Virus record (IMG/VR): IMGVR_UViG_3300037481_000553
Location: 1-63,723 of that record
Strand: one strand, 5' to 3'
Source: a virus
Lineage: Duplodnaviria; Caudoviricetes
DNA: 63,723 nucleotides
Part shown: positions 40,665 to 49,717 of the stretch, piece after piece
Numbering within the stretch: the stretch's first letter is position 1
How the letters are laid out: every line of letters begins with the position of its first letter
Program-made: the position numbers and the translations under genes
Notes under the pieces: generated by a model
What the model was told of the DNA's origin: nothing
The model's database searches: none
The model's input: the letters and a program-made list of their open reading frames with translations, nothing else

Positions 40665-40683
40665 GATCGCCCTTCCTTGTTGG

Positions 40684-41097
40684 TTACCACAGCCGCGTGC
40701 CAACGCGGCCGAGCACGTTGAACTGGCACTGGACTTGACCACGCGCGTCCAGGCCACCGTCGAACGGTTCCTGCAGCGGATTGATCTCCAGATACCACCC
40801 CGAGTTGACCCACCGATTGTGCACGACCACGAACGCGTCGTACGCCAGCCGCGCGAGTGCGTTCGCGCGCTGGTACGTGAGTGCTCGCGCGGTGATCTGC
40901 GCGCCGGGCCGGACGATGGCAGGACGAATCGTCGCGTTGTGCGTCCGGTCCGCACCCGATCCGCCTGTCTCGATGACCATCAACGATCCCGACGGGAGCA
41001 TCGGCGGTGCGGCTTTCGTCGACGTGAAGAGGTCCACGCCGTACGTCGCCACCCCGTCTTCTTCGAGCAACGTCACAAGATCGTCCAGCCAACTCAT
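40684..41097 (-). CDS. Tail terminator / tail-completion protein
   Basis: IETGG, RPGAQITARA..Y..A, LQEPF..GLD..G...FNV pattern; position. Confidence 0.7.
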   Translation of the reverse strand: MSWLDDLVTLLEEDGVATYGVDLFTSTKAAPPMLPSGSLMVIETGGSGADRTHNATIRPAIVRPGAQITARALTYQRANALARLAYDAFVVVHNRWVNSGWYLEINPLQEPFDGGLDARGQVQCQFNVLGRVGTRLW

Positions 41098-41104
41098 GAC
41101 CGCC

Positions 41105-41557
41105 TCACAGTTTCTTCCACCGGGTGAACTCGATTCGTCGAGCGACCCGCTGGCCCATGTACTTCCGGCTTTCCAGGATTACCGACTCGATGAACTTCGG
41201 ACCCGTGCCCGGCACGTTCCACTGTACCTCGGTCGGTGGTTGCCAAGACGGAGGCGAATGCACCGACAGATGCTCGTGGACAGCAATCGCATACGGAGCC
41301 GACGGTCCTCCGCACGCGATAAGCGAGAAGACACGGTTCTCCTCCCACTGAGGCTTGACGGCATGGATCGATGCCCGGAGATGTCCGCCCACCGGCGGAG
41401 GACCTACAGGACAACGCTTCTTGCATTCGGTAGCCTCAATCTGTGTCTCGGTGTAGAGCGCGGCTTCCACTTCAATCGGCAGTGACTTCTTCAGCCGATC
41501 CAGCTTGACCCGCATCTCCTTCACCATCCGCCACTGCACTCCCCGGTAGCTCGCCAT
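41105..41557 (-). CDS. HK97-gp10-like neck protein
   Basis: CPV...GHLRAS, APYAIAVHE and GPKFIE motifs. Confidence 0.75.
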   Translation of the reverse strand: MASYRGVQWRMVKEMRVKLDRLKKSLPIEVEAALYTETQIEATECKKRCPVGPPPVGGHLRASIHAVKPQWEENRVFSLIACGGPSAPYAIAVHEHLSVHSPPSWQPPTEVQWNVPGTGPKFIESVILESRKYMGQRVARRIEFTRWKKL

Positions 41558-42695
41558 AGCACTTGTCCAGTTCCTCGGCGAACGCCAAGCCGATGTTCTC
41601 CCACCGGAACTCGGGCCGACGCACCAACTCCAGTCCACGCTGCCGATACCGCGACCACAACTGGCCGTGATGCGACGCGTAGAGTGCGTCCAACGCCGCG
41701 ATGACCGCGGTCTTGTCTGCCACGCCTCCGATCGAGTTGATGCGGCCGGGCGTCGCGATGGTCGTCGGACACGGGACCTTGAGGACCGCGTCGCCCGGCC
41801 ATTCGCCCAGCGCACTCCAATCGGGCACGATCTGCGGGATGCCACACGCCATCCCTTCCATCGTGCACAGACCCCATCCTTCGCCTTGCGACGTCGTGAG
41901 CTGCACGTCGAAGGTCTGATACGTGAGCGCGAGGTCCGGTTCCGTCAACCCTTTCCAGACTTCCGGTTCTGAGAGGATCAACCGGCCGCGCATGTCGTAG
42001 TAGTGGATCAACTGCTCTACGTCGTAGCCGTGGTCGCCCGTCGGTGCGACATGCAAGTACAGGAACACGTCGCGCAAAGCGCGCTCGCGGACCCATTCGG
42101 CCACGTACTGCACGGTGAGATCCAGCCGCTTGCGAGGCTGATTCCGATTGACGTTGCCAATGATAAACGCGTTGTCGGGCACACCCGGCAACCCGATCGT
42201 TTGACGCGCGGCGATGCGGCTGGCCGGCTTGTAGATGTCCAAGTCGACACCCAGGCCAACGACTCCGCTGGGAATGCGCATCCCGCCACGGAGCGCTTCC
42301 TGCTGCGCGAACTTCGTCCAGAAGATGGCGCGCGTCATTCGGTTGAGCGCACCCCCGCGGCAATTCTTCCCGTCCACCGCGATCGCACCGACGACCTTCC
42401 CGGCGTAGCCTTTGAGCTGCTCGGTGTACGCGGGGATGTTCCACGGGTCGTTCTGAATGACAATCATCTCCGGCTGCAGTTTGGCGACGATCTCCGCGAG
42501 TCGCTTGACTCCGAAGAAATCGCCGCCCAGGTACGCCGGATAGATCGGATAGGGGTACGCATGCGGATCCCCGCGGTAGTTCAACCCAAGGACCGCTACA
42601 TCCCACGTCTGTCGGAGCACCTCCAATGTCTGGTGTGTGCACCGCGCGAAACCGGAATCACATCCGGCGTCGCCCACCCACAAAAGCTTCCTCAT
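41472..42695 (-). CDS. Glycosyltransferase, GT-B (GT4-like)
   Basis: SGFAR, NVNRNQPRKRLD, and GEGWGLCTMEGMACGIP (EX7E). Confidence 0.9.
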   Translation of the reverse strand: MRKLLWVGDAGCDSGFARCTHQTLEVLRQTWDVAVLGLNYRGDPHAYPYPIYPAYLGGDFFGVKRLAEIVAKLQPEMIVIQNDPWNIPAYTEQLKGYAGKVVGAIAVDGKNCRGGALNRMTRAIFWTKFAQQEALRGGMRIPSGVVGLGVDLDIYKPASRIAARQTIGLPGVPDNAFIIGNVNRNQPRKRLDLTVQYVAEWVRERALRDVFLYLHVAPTGDHGYDVEQLIHYYDMRGRLILSEPEVWKGLTEPDLALTYQTFDVQLTTSQGEGWGLCTMEGMACGIPQIVPDWSALGEWPGDAVLKVPCPTTIATPGRINSIGGVADKTAVIAALDALYASHHGQLWSRYRQRGLELVRRPEFRWENIGLAFAEELDKCYGELPGSAVADGEGDAGQAGSAEEVTAD

Positions 42696-42713
42696 GACAT
42701 GCCCTTTCTGCTT

Positions 42714-43301
42714 CTACAAGGTGACTTCCGCAATTCGGTGCTGACCTGCACCGAATCCGGCTACGACTTCGATCCACGTGACCACACCGACCGTGGAGCA
42801 AAGCTCGCGCAACGATTGCTCGTTGTACCCGCGCACCATATACGGGTGTCCGCCTTCCACACGCTTGGTGCCCCAGACACCATCCTCGTGATTCGCTTCG
42901 ATGAGGATGGCACGCCGGGCCACACGTGCGAGTTCTTTCATCACCTGCACCGGGTCGAACACGTATTCGATTACGCCAAGGATTGTGACGACATCCGCGT
43001 ACCGATCGGGGAACGGGAGCGCTTCGGCTGGTGCGACGATGGCGCTCGTGTACCGGGTCTGTGCGATGGCCACCAACGCGGGCGACAAATCGACGCCGTG
43101 GATCTCACACGCGGGCGGAAGGAACTCGTGGAGGTATCCGCTGTTGCAGCCCACGTCCACGACGACTTCGCCTTGGCGGATACGACGGCCGCACGCGCGC
43201 ATCTTCCGCAGCTGCAGGTCGTTCCACCACGTCTCGCGGATGTTGTAGGGATACTCGACGAACCGCTCGTTGTTCTCTTTCACGCCGATGTTGTCAGCCA
43301 T
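42714..43301 (-). CDS. Class I SAM-dependent methyltransferase
   Basis: VVDVGCNSG, GVDLS, AEALPF and ELARVAR motifs. Confidence 0.88.
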   Translation of the reverse strand: MADNIGVKENNERFVEYPYNIRETWWNDLQLRKMRACGRRIRQGEVVVDVGCNSGYLHEFLPPACEIHGVDLSPALVAIAQTRYTSAIVAPAEALPFPDRYADVVTILGVIEYVFDPVQVMKELARVARRAILIEANHEDGVWGTKRVEGGHPYMVRGYNEQSLRELCSTVGVVTWIEVVAGFGAGQHRIAEVTL

Positions 43302-43941
43302 TGTGCCCTTTGTAGGTAAAATCGTATCCACCGAATCCCCGAAATCGGCCGACCACATTCTTCATGGACCGGCCGTCGATCAGCGTGGAATCGTCACCGA
43401 GATGCTCCACGAAACACGGCACCGGCGTCAACAGATGCGGCGATGGTGACACTGACTGATGCCACTTCACCAACTCCAGGTCGAAGCCTTGCCGACACGC
43501 CACGACGCTCTTGAAGTGCCAGACCAATGCCGGGACCAGCGTCGCGCGCACCGCGAACGCCACCGAGCAGTAGTAGTCTTTCAGCCGGTAGCGCCACACC
43601 GGAGATTTCCAATCGTGCGCTTCGGCGTACTGCGCGCCGAGTGGGTAGATGTGCACGTTGGGATCGTGATGGTCAAGCAACCACCGTTCCACGCTACCGA
43701 CGAAATCGTGGATCAACCCGGCATCGTCTTCAAGGAAGATAATCCAGTCGGTCTCATCCGCCACGGCCGCTTCCAACGCCCGCGTCCCATTCGCATTGGG
43801 CGACGCGAAGGGATCAGCGCTCACATGCACGCCGCGCACGCTCGGGTGTGCCGTCTGTGCAAGAACTTCACGCATCAACCGCATGAAGTGCGTACGGCGA
43901 GCGGGCACCGTGCGGATCGCGAATGAAAATGTCATGCCCAC
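43294..43941 (-). CDS. Glycosyltransferase, GT-A-like
   Basis: IFLEDDA DxD motif, GFD, PCFVEHLG..S. Confidence 0.7.
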   Translation of the reverse strand: MGMTFSFAIRTVPARRTHFMRLMREVLAQTAHPSVRGVHVSADPFASPNANGTRALEAAVADETDWIIFLEDDAGLIHDFVGSVERWLLDHHDPNVHIYPLGAQYAEAHDWKSPVWRYRLKDYYCSVAFAVRATLVPALVWHFKSVVACRQGFDLELVKWHQSVSPSPHLLTPVPCFVEHLGDDSTLIDGRSMKNVVGRFRGFGGYDFTYKGHNG

Positions 43942-44672
43942 CTCGCGAAGTACGCCGCGTGCTCACGCGCCCAGTCGTCGTACGTGCGTGGCGTCGTCAG
44001 CCGGCGGAGCACCGCGGCCAGCGAATCCCAGTTGTGTCGTTCGTAAGGGATCACCGGATGTTCGACGCCGACGGTATGTGAGATGACCGGAACGCCCATC
44101 GCAATCGCTTCAAGCGCGGGCACGCAGCCACCTTCATCCGATGACGTGTCCACGTAGTAGTCGAGCGAACGGTAGAACGCGGGAAGGTTCGTGAGCTGAT
44201 CGGACACCGTCGGACACGGCCACCCCGATCCCCACGCGCGCACGTCGTACCCCGCGGCCATCATCCGCAGCACCAAGAATTCGCCTTTGCGTCCGTCCGC
44301 GTACGTGCGCCCAGCGACTCCGAAAACCGGCGGTCGCTGAGGAATGAACTCCGGGCCGACGGGCAGCGCAATCTGACATGGATGCGGTGCGTCAGCTTCC
44401 TTGAGGTACGCGATCATGGCCGGATTGAATGCGATGACGCCATCATACGACCGACCGAATGTCCGCGGCCGCAGCCACCCGTGCGTGAACACGCCAATGG
44501 CAGGACGAGACGTCGGGAACCCGTAGACGAACTGCTGGTACTCCAGGTCCGCCTTCGGTCCGTTGATGGTCGCGTCGATGCCGTACTGCGGCAACCGCGC
44601 GACGAGTTCGCGCGCGAGGCGTCCGCCGATCCACGGCAGGTCCGGCGGAGTGACGACCACGTTCACGCGCAC
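43932..44672 (-). CDS. Glycosyltransferase, GT-B-like
   Basis: GRKG, FYRSLDYYVDTSSDEGGCVPALEAIAMGVPVIS (EX7E). Confidence 0.85.
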   Translation of the reverse strand: MRVNVVVTPPDLPWIGGRLARELVARLPQYGIDATINGPKADLEYQQFVYGFPTSRPAIGVFTHGWLRPRTFGRSYDGVIAFNPAMIAYLKEADAPHPCQIALPVGPEFIPQRPPVFGVAGRTYADGRKGEFLVLRMMAAGYDVRAWGSGWPCPTVSDQLTNLPAFYRSLDYYVDTSSDEGGCVPALEAIAMGVPVISHTVGVEHPVIPYERHNWDSLAAVLRRLTTPRTYDDWAREHAAYFARWA

Positions 44673-45751
44673 CGTAGCACCTCGCAGACCAGATCCACGT
44701 CCGCTTCGGTCAGGTCACATCCCGACGGAAGGTACATCCCTTGCTGCCACAGCCGCTCCGCTTCTGGACAATCACCACGCACGGCGTGGCGAGCCAACAA
44801 TGCCGGTTGCGTCGACATCGGACAGAAAAACGTGCGCGACTCAATGCCAAATTCTTCCAGGCGCGCCATCAACGCGTCGCGCGTACCATCGATGACGACG
44901 ACGCCGTACATCCAGTAGACGTTCATCGCCCACGGTCGTTCCACCGGCAACCGCAATCTCGGAACGTCGCACAGTCGACGCTCGTACCACCGCGCGATCT
45001 GGCGCTTGCGGAGCAGGATGCCGTCGATCCGCATCATCTGCGCGCAGCCGAGCGCGGCTTGCAGATTCGTCATGCGGTAGTTGTACCCGAGATCGTCATG
45101 CCGGAACCGCGGCCGAGTGAACGCGAGGTTGCGCAGCGAGCGTGCTTGATCTGCGAGATCCTTCCGATCGGTGACGATCATCCCACCTTCGCCGGTCGTA
45201 ATAACTTTGTTCGCGTAGAACGAGAAGCAGCCGATATCTCCCAATGACCCCACGCGGCGTTCGTAGCACAGCGCGCCGTGCGCTTCGGCGCAATCTTCCG
45301 CCACGAAGAGTCGGTGACGACGCGCCACCGCGGTGATCGTTCGCATGTCCGCGGGATGGCCGTAGAGATGCACCGGGAAGATGGCCTTCGTCCGCGGCGT
45401 GATGGCCGCTTCAAGCAACGCGGGGTCCATGTTCCAGGTATCCGACTGCACGTCCACCGAGATGACAATCCCGCCTTCTTGCACGACACCCGTCGCCGTC
45501 GCAATGTTGGTCAACGCGGGCACGAGCACCTCGTCGCCCGGCTGCACGCCACCCAACCGCGCGGCGAGATGCATCGCGGCCGTACCGGATGACAAAGCGA
45601 CCCCATACCGACAGCCACAGTACCGCGCGAACGCGTCCTCGAACTCCTGGATGAAGCGACCGCCCGAGCCGCTGACGTCGCCGGCCCGGAGCGCTTCAAC
45701 GACGTAGGCTTCTTCCAGGGAGCCGATCTGCGGCCGGTGGACGGGGATCAT
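44663..45751 (-). CDS. DegT/DnrJ/EryC1/StrS PLP-dependent sugar aminotransferase
   Basis: SSGTAAMH, PVHLYG, EDCAEA, SFYANKVITTGEGG (PLP Lys), GYNYRM. Confidence 0.93.
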   Translation of the reverse strand: MIPVHRPQIGSLEEAYVVEALRAGDVSGSGGRFIQEFEDAFARYCGCRYGVALSSGTAAMHLAARLGGVQPGDEVLVPALTNIATATGVVQEGGIVISVDVQSDTWNMDPALLEAAITPRTKAIFPVHLYGHPADMRTITAVARRHRLFVAEDCAEAHGALCYERRVGSLGDIGCFSFYANKVITTGEGGMIVTDRKDLADQARSLRNLAFTRPRFRHDDLGYNYRMTNLQAALGCAQMMRIDGILLRKRQIARWYERRLCDVPRLRLPVERPWAMNVYWMYGVVVIDGTRDALMARLEEFGIESRTFFCPMSTQPALLARHAVRGDCPEAERLWQQGMYLPSGCDLTEADVDLVCEVLRCA

Positions 45752-45787
45752 GCGCCCGACCTCCCGGACAGGGGGGTCCACCCCGGC

Positions 45788-45827
45788 TCCAGAACGGCCG
45801 AAATCCTGGCCTGGCGGTCGCTGGCGG
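45788..45827 (-). repeat. 40-bp perfect repeat, inverted copy of 27364-27403
   Basis: Reverse complement is identical. Confidence 0.9.
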
Positions 45828-45907
45828 GACGATCGCCGGCCGGGTGAGGCGACGGGGAGGGGGGACCCCCCGGAGCCGGGAAATAGGCTCCTGCGCGTTT
45901 TACGTTG

Positions 45908-45932
45908 CAAATGACTGAGTCGACTAGGTTTA
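45908..45932. promoter_or_regulatory. 25-bp imperfect palindrome CAAAT-N15-GTTTA (site family copy 4)
   Basis: caaatgactgagtcgactaggttta, ~80 bp from the 40-bp repeat. Confidence 0.4.
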
Positions 45933-45938
45933 GACGGT

Positions 45939-46304
45939 TCATACCGCCTCCCTGACCGTATCCGTCAGGTACTGGCGTCCGCCGTCCGGCCCGGCCGTCA
46001 TCATGAGAAAGGTGGAGTCGTCCAGCGCGGTCAACTCGTGCACTTCGAGCGGGTCGATCCGCACGAGCGCGCCAGCTTCCGCGATGACATGCTGCACGGG
46101 TGTGTTCGCGGTCCGATAGCGGATACGGAATGCGCCCGCAAGCACGTAGATGAACGACGTGGCGGTCTTGTGGTAATGATTCCCGCGCGCTGCTCCCATC
46201 ACACACGTGAACAGCGCGACATGCTGAACGGCCCGACCCTCGATCAAATCGGTGATCGAGCCGCGGTGGTCACTGAACGCGATCGGCACTTGGGTGACGT
46301 GCAC
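45939..46304 (-). CDS. Cupin, WxcM/FdtA-like sugar 3,4-ketoisomerase
   Basis: DHRGSI, RGNHYH and EVH motifs; GGAGG RBS, GTG start. Confidence 0.7.
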   Translation of the reverse strand: MHVTQVPIAFSDHRGSITDLIEGRAVQHVALFTCVMGAARGNHYHKTATSFIYVLAGAFRIRYRTANTPVQHVIAEAGALVRIDPLEVHELTALDDSTFLMMTAGPDGGRQYLTDTVREAV

Positions 46305-46305
46305 G

Positions 46306-46704
46306 CTACCCTCCGAGTTGCACGGTGTTGACGAACGGGATGCCCTTGCCCGCGTCATCAAAGCCACCACCAACGATCGTCGGCCCGGTCTGCCCATCCT
46401 GGAGAATGAACTCGTCGCGCGGGTCAACCGGGTTGACGCGTTGCTGACCGGCGTTCGCCGTGGTTGCGGCGATGGGGTCGATGAACGTCAGTGTGGCGAA
46501 GACGGACACGAGAACGCCTGACGCGCCTTCGTGCGTGCGATGCGTCCGGTCGACAAGTGCGCGTCGTGTGACCGACGCCGCGAAGAGGTCGGTGCCCGCA
46601 CCATCCTGGCCGATCCAGGCGTTGTGCGTCACCACTTCTTGCAGCGACGCCACGACTCCGCTGACCGTCGCCACCGCACCCCGGATCACATCTACGAGCG
46701 CCAT
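46306..46704 (-). CDS. Head-closure / head-tail joining protein (putative)
   Basis: GAGGAGG RBS; VDPRDEFILQDG; size and position. Confidence 0.6.
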   Translation of the reverse strand: MALVDVIRGAVATVSGVVASLQEVVTHNAWIGQDGAGTDLFAASVTRRALVDRTHRTHEGASGVLVSVFATLTFIDPIAATTANAGQQRVNPVDPRDEFILQDGQTGPTIVGGGFDDAGKGIPFVNTVQLGG

Positions 46705-46729
46705 GCGAACCTCCTCTGCTCGAACACGG

Positions 46730-46816
46730 GTGGGACCCGGCGACGCGGTCAGCGCCATGGTCGCGTCGTGGTCAGGTGAAGGGCGTCACCCGTCGCCGCG
46801 ACCTGCCGGGTCCCAC
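46730..46816 (-). other. Intergenic stem-loop closed by a 12-bp perfect inverted repeat
   Basis: gtgggacccggc ... gccgggtcccac. Confidence 0.5.
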
Positions 46817-46828
46817 ATCTGGAGACGA

Positions 46829-47257
46829 CTACGGCGTGAAGACCTGCCCACCCGACGGCCGGATGCTCACGCTCGCGCTCTGCTCACCGTCGACCGGAGC
46901 CTTCGGCGCGATGTTGGTGACGAATCCCGAGAACAGCCAGACTGCGCCATCCGGGAAATCGATCTCGTAGAGATCCTTCGTGCCATCGGCCCAGGCCTTC
47001 AGGAGACCTGTGCTGGCGTCGTGCGTCGCGTCGCCCGACGGCAGGAAGTTCATGGCGAACTGCAGCTCGCCCTTCCGCCGAATGCCCACGACATAGCTGT
47101 CGTCGTCGGAGTTGTGCGTGGTGGTCTCGATCGGCTTCCGCGTCAGCGGCGGAGGCGTGATGTCGCGGAGTTCGGCGATGGCCACCGTGTTCCGCTTGAT
47201 GATGGTGCCGTGTGCGGAAATCGCATTGCTCTCCGCACCAGTGTTCGTGACAGGCAT
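46829..47257 (-). CDS. Major tail tube protein (lambda TTP-like)
   Basis: IAELRDITPP...IETTTH...G...GELQF..NF...FPDG..W.FSGFVT...SIRPSG. Confidence 0.85.
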   Translation of the reverse strand: MPVTNTGAESNAISAHGTIIKRNTVAIAELRDITPPPLTRKPIETTTHNSDDDSYVVGIRRKGELQFAMNFLPSGDATHDASTGLLKAWADGTKDLYEIDFPDGAVWLFSGFVTNIAPKAPVDGEQSASVSIRPSGGQVFTP

Positions 47258-47286
47258 GTGTGACTCCTCTCCTGACAGTTGCCGAG

Positions 47287-47751
47287 TTAATTCTCTAGCA
47301 GAATCGTGTCGCCGATTTCCAGGAGCACATAGTCCCCTGTCTCGAGCAGTAGGCTGCTCTGATGCACACCGACGCTGAGCACGATTCCCCCGCTCACCTG
47401 GACGGTGACTTGCGCCAGCAACGCGTCGTCAGTTGGCGCGTGTGGACTGACGTCCGACACGTATCCCAGGAACGACCACACCGCGCCGTCTGCGAACGTC
47501 AGCACGTACGCATCCAACGAGTGTGCTAACCACGTGGACAGGAACCGCTCGATGCTCGCTGACGTGACAGCGATGCTGAACTGCAGGTTCCCATAGCGCG
47601 GCAACCCAAGTACGTATTCGTCGTCCTGCGCATTGTGCCGCGTATCTTCTACCGTCTTGCGCAACAGCGCTGGAGGCGTCACGTCGCCTAATTCCGGCAC
47701 CGGTGTACCGTTGTGTGTAAGCGAGCAGCCGTGCGCGCTGATGGCCATCAT
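47287..47751 (-). CDS. Second tail-tube paralog with C-terminal LLLETGDYVLLEIGDTILLEN extension
   Basis: Aligns by eye with 46829..47257 (AISAHG, ELGDVTPP, FADGAVWSF). Confidence 0.8.
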   Translation of the reverse strand: MMAISAHGCSLTHNGTPVPELGDVTPPALLRKTVEDTRHNAQDDEYVLGLPRYGNLQFSIAVTSASIERFLSTWLAHSLDAYVLTFADGAVWSFLGYVSDVSPHAPTDDALLAQVTVQVSGGIVLSVGVHQSSLLLETGDYVLLEIGDTILLEN

Positions 47752-47873
47752 GCACCTGCCGACGGGAGGAAGACTTCGTTCACGCGCCAGGTCCCGGTCG
47801 GCTTCAACACCATGTGGGTCTTCCCATCCACGATGAATCGGATTTCGTCCTGTAATCCCGTGCCGACGATCAC
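47748..47873 (-). CDS. 41-aa protein ending GTWRVNEVFLP
   Basis: AAGGAGG RBS, GTG start; shares an 11-aa motif with 49718..50269. Confidence 0.55.
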   Translation of the reverse strand: MIVGTGLQDEIRFIVDGKTHMVLKPTGTWRVNEVFLPSAGA

Positions 47874-47898
47874 GATGTCCTCCTTGCTCGCTGAGAGC

Positions 47899-48078
47899 TT
47901 ACTCTAGTTCCGGCGTACCCTTCGGCGGTTCTACCGGCTGACACGCCTTCGCCATCTCTGCGATGAGTTCCTCGCACATCTGGATCGCGCCCGCGACCGC
48001 ATTGATGTTGGCGAGTAGCTGTTCACGCTGTTTCTTCAGCCCGTCGAGGCGCAGTTCTAACATCGGTACCGTGATCAT
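47899..48078 (-). CDS. Small coiled-coil protein (possible fibre chaperone)
   Basis: ATGA coupling; LELRLDGLKKQREQLLANINAVAGAIQMCEEL. Confidence 0.6.
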   Translation of the reverse strand: MITVPMLELRLDGLKKQREQLLANINAVAGAIQMCEELIAEMAKACQPVEPPKGTPELE

Positions 48079-48443
48079 GCGCTGACCCTCCGCACCTTGT
48101 TGAGCGTCGTGCGATAGCCTGCCGGGTAGGTTGCTACCCCTGTCATCAGGTTATTGACCTGTTCCAACAGCGTGATGCAAGACGACAGCGTGGCAGCGTC
48201 AATGCCGAGCGGTTCGAGGTCCGCATCCGTGATGGTGCCCGCGTCGAAGTATTCCGCCGAGAGATCTGCGGCGTTGTCCGCAGCGGGAGCGAGCGACTGA
48301 ATCGCCCGGATGACGGCTTTCGCCATGTCGAGTTTCTGGGACATCTGTTCTGCCTCGCCTTGGGTGGCAAATGAGATAGCCCCACCGGGATAACTCACGC
48401 GCCAGAGGTTGTCTGCGCCGGATTGCCAGACCGTTTGTGGCAT
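48075..48443 (-). CDS. Hypothetical protein
   Basis: TGATG coupling to upstream fibre gene. Confidence 0.6.
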   Translation of the reverse strand: MPQTVWQSGADNLWRVSYPGGAISFATQGEAEQMSQKLDMAKAVIRAIQSLAPAADNAADLSAEYFDAGTITDADLEPLGIDAATLSSCITLLEQVNNLMTGVATYPAGYRTTLNKVRRVSA

Positions 48444-49711
48444 CAGTACACCACGCACACTTTCTTCGGATTGGTTCCCGTCTCGGTGTAGAACGCGCCC
48501 GCCGAGAGTCCCGCTGCTGCTGCTGCCGCGTTGTTCGCGTAGTCTACAAGGCCGACCACTTGGAGTTTCGCAGTCGGTGTCACCGTTCCGAGGCCGACGA
48601 GTCCCGTGTTGTCGATGACGAGATCCGCCGTGCCGGACGTGACCGCTCCAGCCGTCCCAAGTGTGGGGTCGGTTGTTGAATTCGTCGAACGAATGATGGC
48701 GAACTTGTTTGTGCCCAACGCATTCGTGATCACGATGCGGCGAGCCGTGGACGTGTACGTGGAATCCGCGTTGAAGAGACACCCGCCGTACATTCCATAC
48801 CCGTGCGTACCATCTGAGACACCGTACCCCTGGAGCTTCAGCGAGAACAGGTAGAGGTCATTCGTCTGTGCTGAAGTCCCAACGATCAATGGATGCGTAG
48901 GCGCAGTATTTCCGATGCCGACATTCCCTGCAAACGATACTGCCCCAGCGCGAGTGATTGAGACGGGGTTCCCGAGATAACTACCTGCGTCGTCGTACGC
49001 GTACAAGACGTAATCTGACCCTGCGTTTCCACCCGACTCCGCTCCCCCATTCGCACCGACAGCCCACCGAGCCGCAGCCGACGAGTAGATATAGATCAAC
49101 CGAGATGACCCGGCTGCGGTGACTAGCTTGATGGTCCCGTTGTTCGTTGTGATGGTTCCCGCGAACGTGACGGTTCCCGCGAGGATGCCGTCCGTGCCAA
49201 TGTCAATCGCCCCGAATCCCGACGTGATGCTGCCCGCGTTGAGTGCGCCCACACTCGTTAACGAGGACGTGACTACCGTCGCGTTCAGCGTCGTGCCCGT
49301 GAGGCTTCCGGCTGCAGCGGCGGCTGGCGCCGCCCATGCCGGGAGGCTGGCTCCCATCGTCAGTACATAGCCTGACGTGCCCTTTGCCAACTTCGACAGC
49401 ACAGCCGCCGCAGAAGCGTAGAGGATGTCCCCCACCGCATAGCCGCCCAGCTGCCCCGTGCCGCCGTACCCAGCCGCCACCGCTGTGCCCTGCCACACGC
49501 CTGTGCCGATGGTCCCCAATGCCGTCAACGAGGACGTGACTACCGTCGCGTTCAGCGTCGTGCCCGTGAGCGAACCCGCTGGGGCCGCGAGAATGGTCGC
49601 CAGATTCGCCACGCTCAACTGCTGGGTGACTCCGGCGTTGACCACGGGCAGCACGTCGTCCGTCGTGGGCGTCGTCAGAACCGGCAACGCGCTGATCTTC
49701 TTCGTCGCCAT
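48443..49711 (-). CDS. Fibre protein
   Basis: MATKKISALP N-terminus; GSLTGTTLNATVVTSSLT duplicated (44-bp repeat at 49260 and 49527); GNVGIG/GLVGLG..P repeats. Confidence 0.75.
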   Translation of the reverse strand: MATKKISALPVLTTPTTDDVLPVVNAGVTQQLSVANLATILAAPAGSLTGTTLNATVVTSSLTALGTIGTGVWQGTAVAAGYGGTGQLGGYAVGDILYASAAAVLSKLAKGTSGYVLTMGASLPAWAAPAAAAAGSLTGTTLNATVVTSSLTSVGALNAGSITSGFGAIDIGTDGILAGTVTFAGTITTNNGTIKLVTAAGSSRLIYIYSSAAARWAVGANGGAESGGNAGSDYVLYAYDDAGSYLGNPVSITRAGAVSFAGNVGIGNTAPTHPLIVGTSAQTNDLYLFSLKLQGYGVSDGTHGYGMYGGCLFNADSTYTSTARRIVITNALGTNKFAIIRSTNSTTDPTLGTAGAVTSGTADLVIDNTGLVGLGTVTPTAKLQVVGLVDYANNAAAAAAGLSAGAFYTETGTNPKKVCVVY

Positions 49712-49717
49712 GATGAC

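Noticed and set aside
38161-43319. Long plus-strand ORFs opposite the structural genes (e.g. 38161..39453, 39514..41127, 42003..43319) and similar antisense ORFs elsewhere
   Set aside because: Shadow ORFs expected from high-GC codon bias; no motifs or RBS, and they overlap well-supported genes.
45748-45943. Small ORF MNRLNLVDSV... between cupin and aminotransferase (and similar Pro-rich ORF at 27277)
   Set aside because: These translate the repeated cis element in low-complexity Pro/Arg-rich frames; protein function is unsupported, although translation cannot be excluded.
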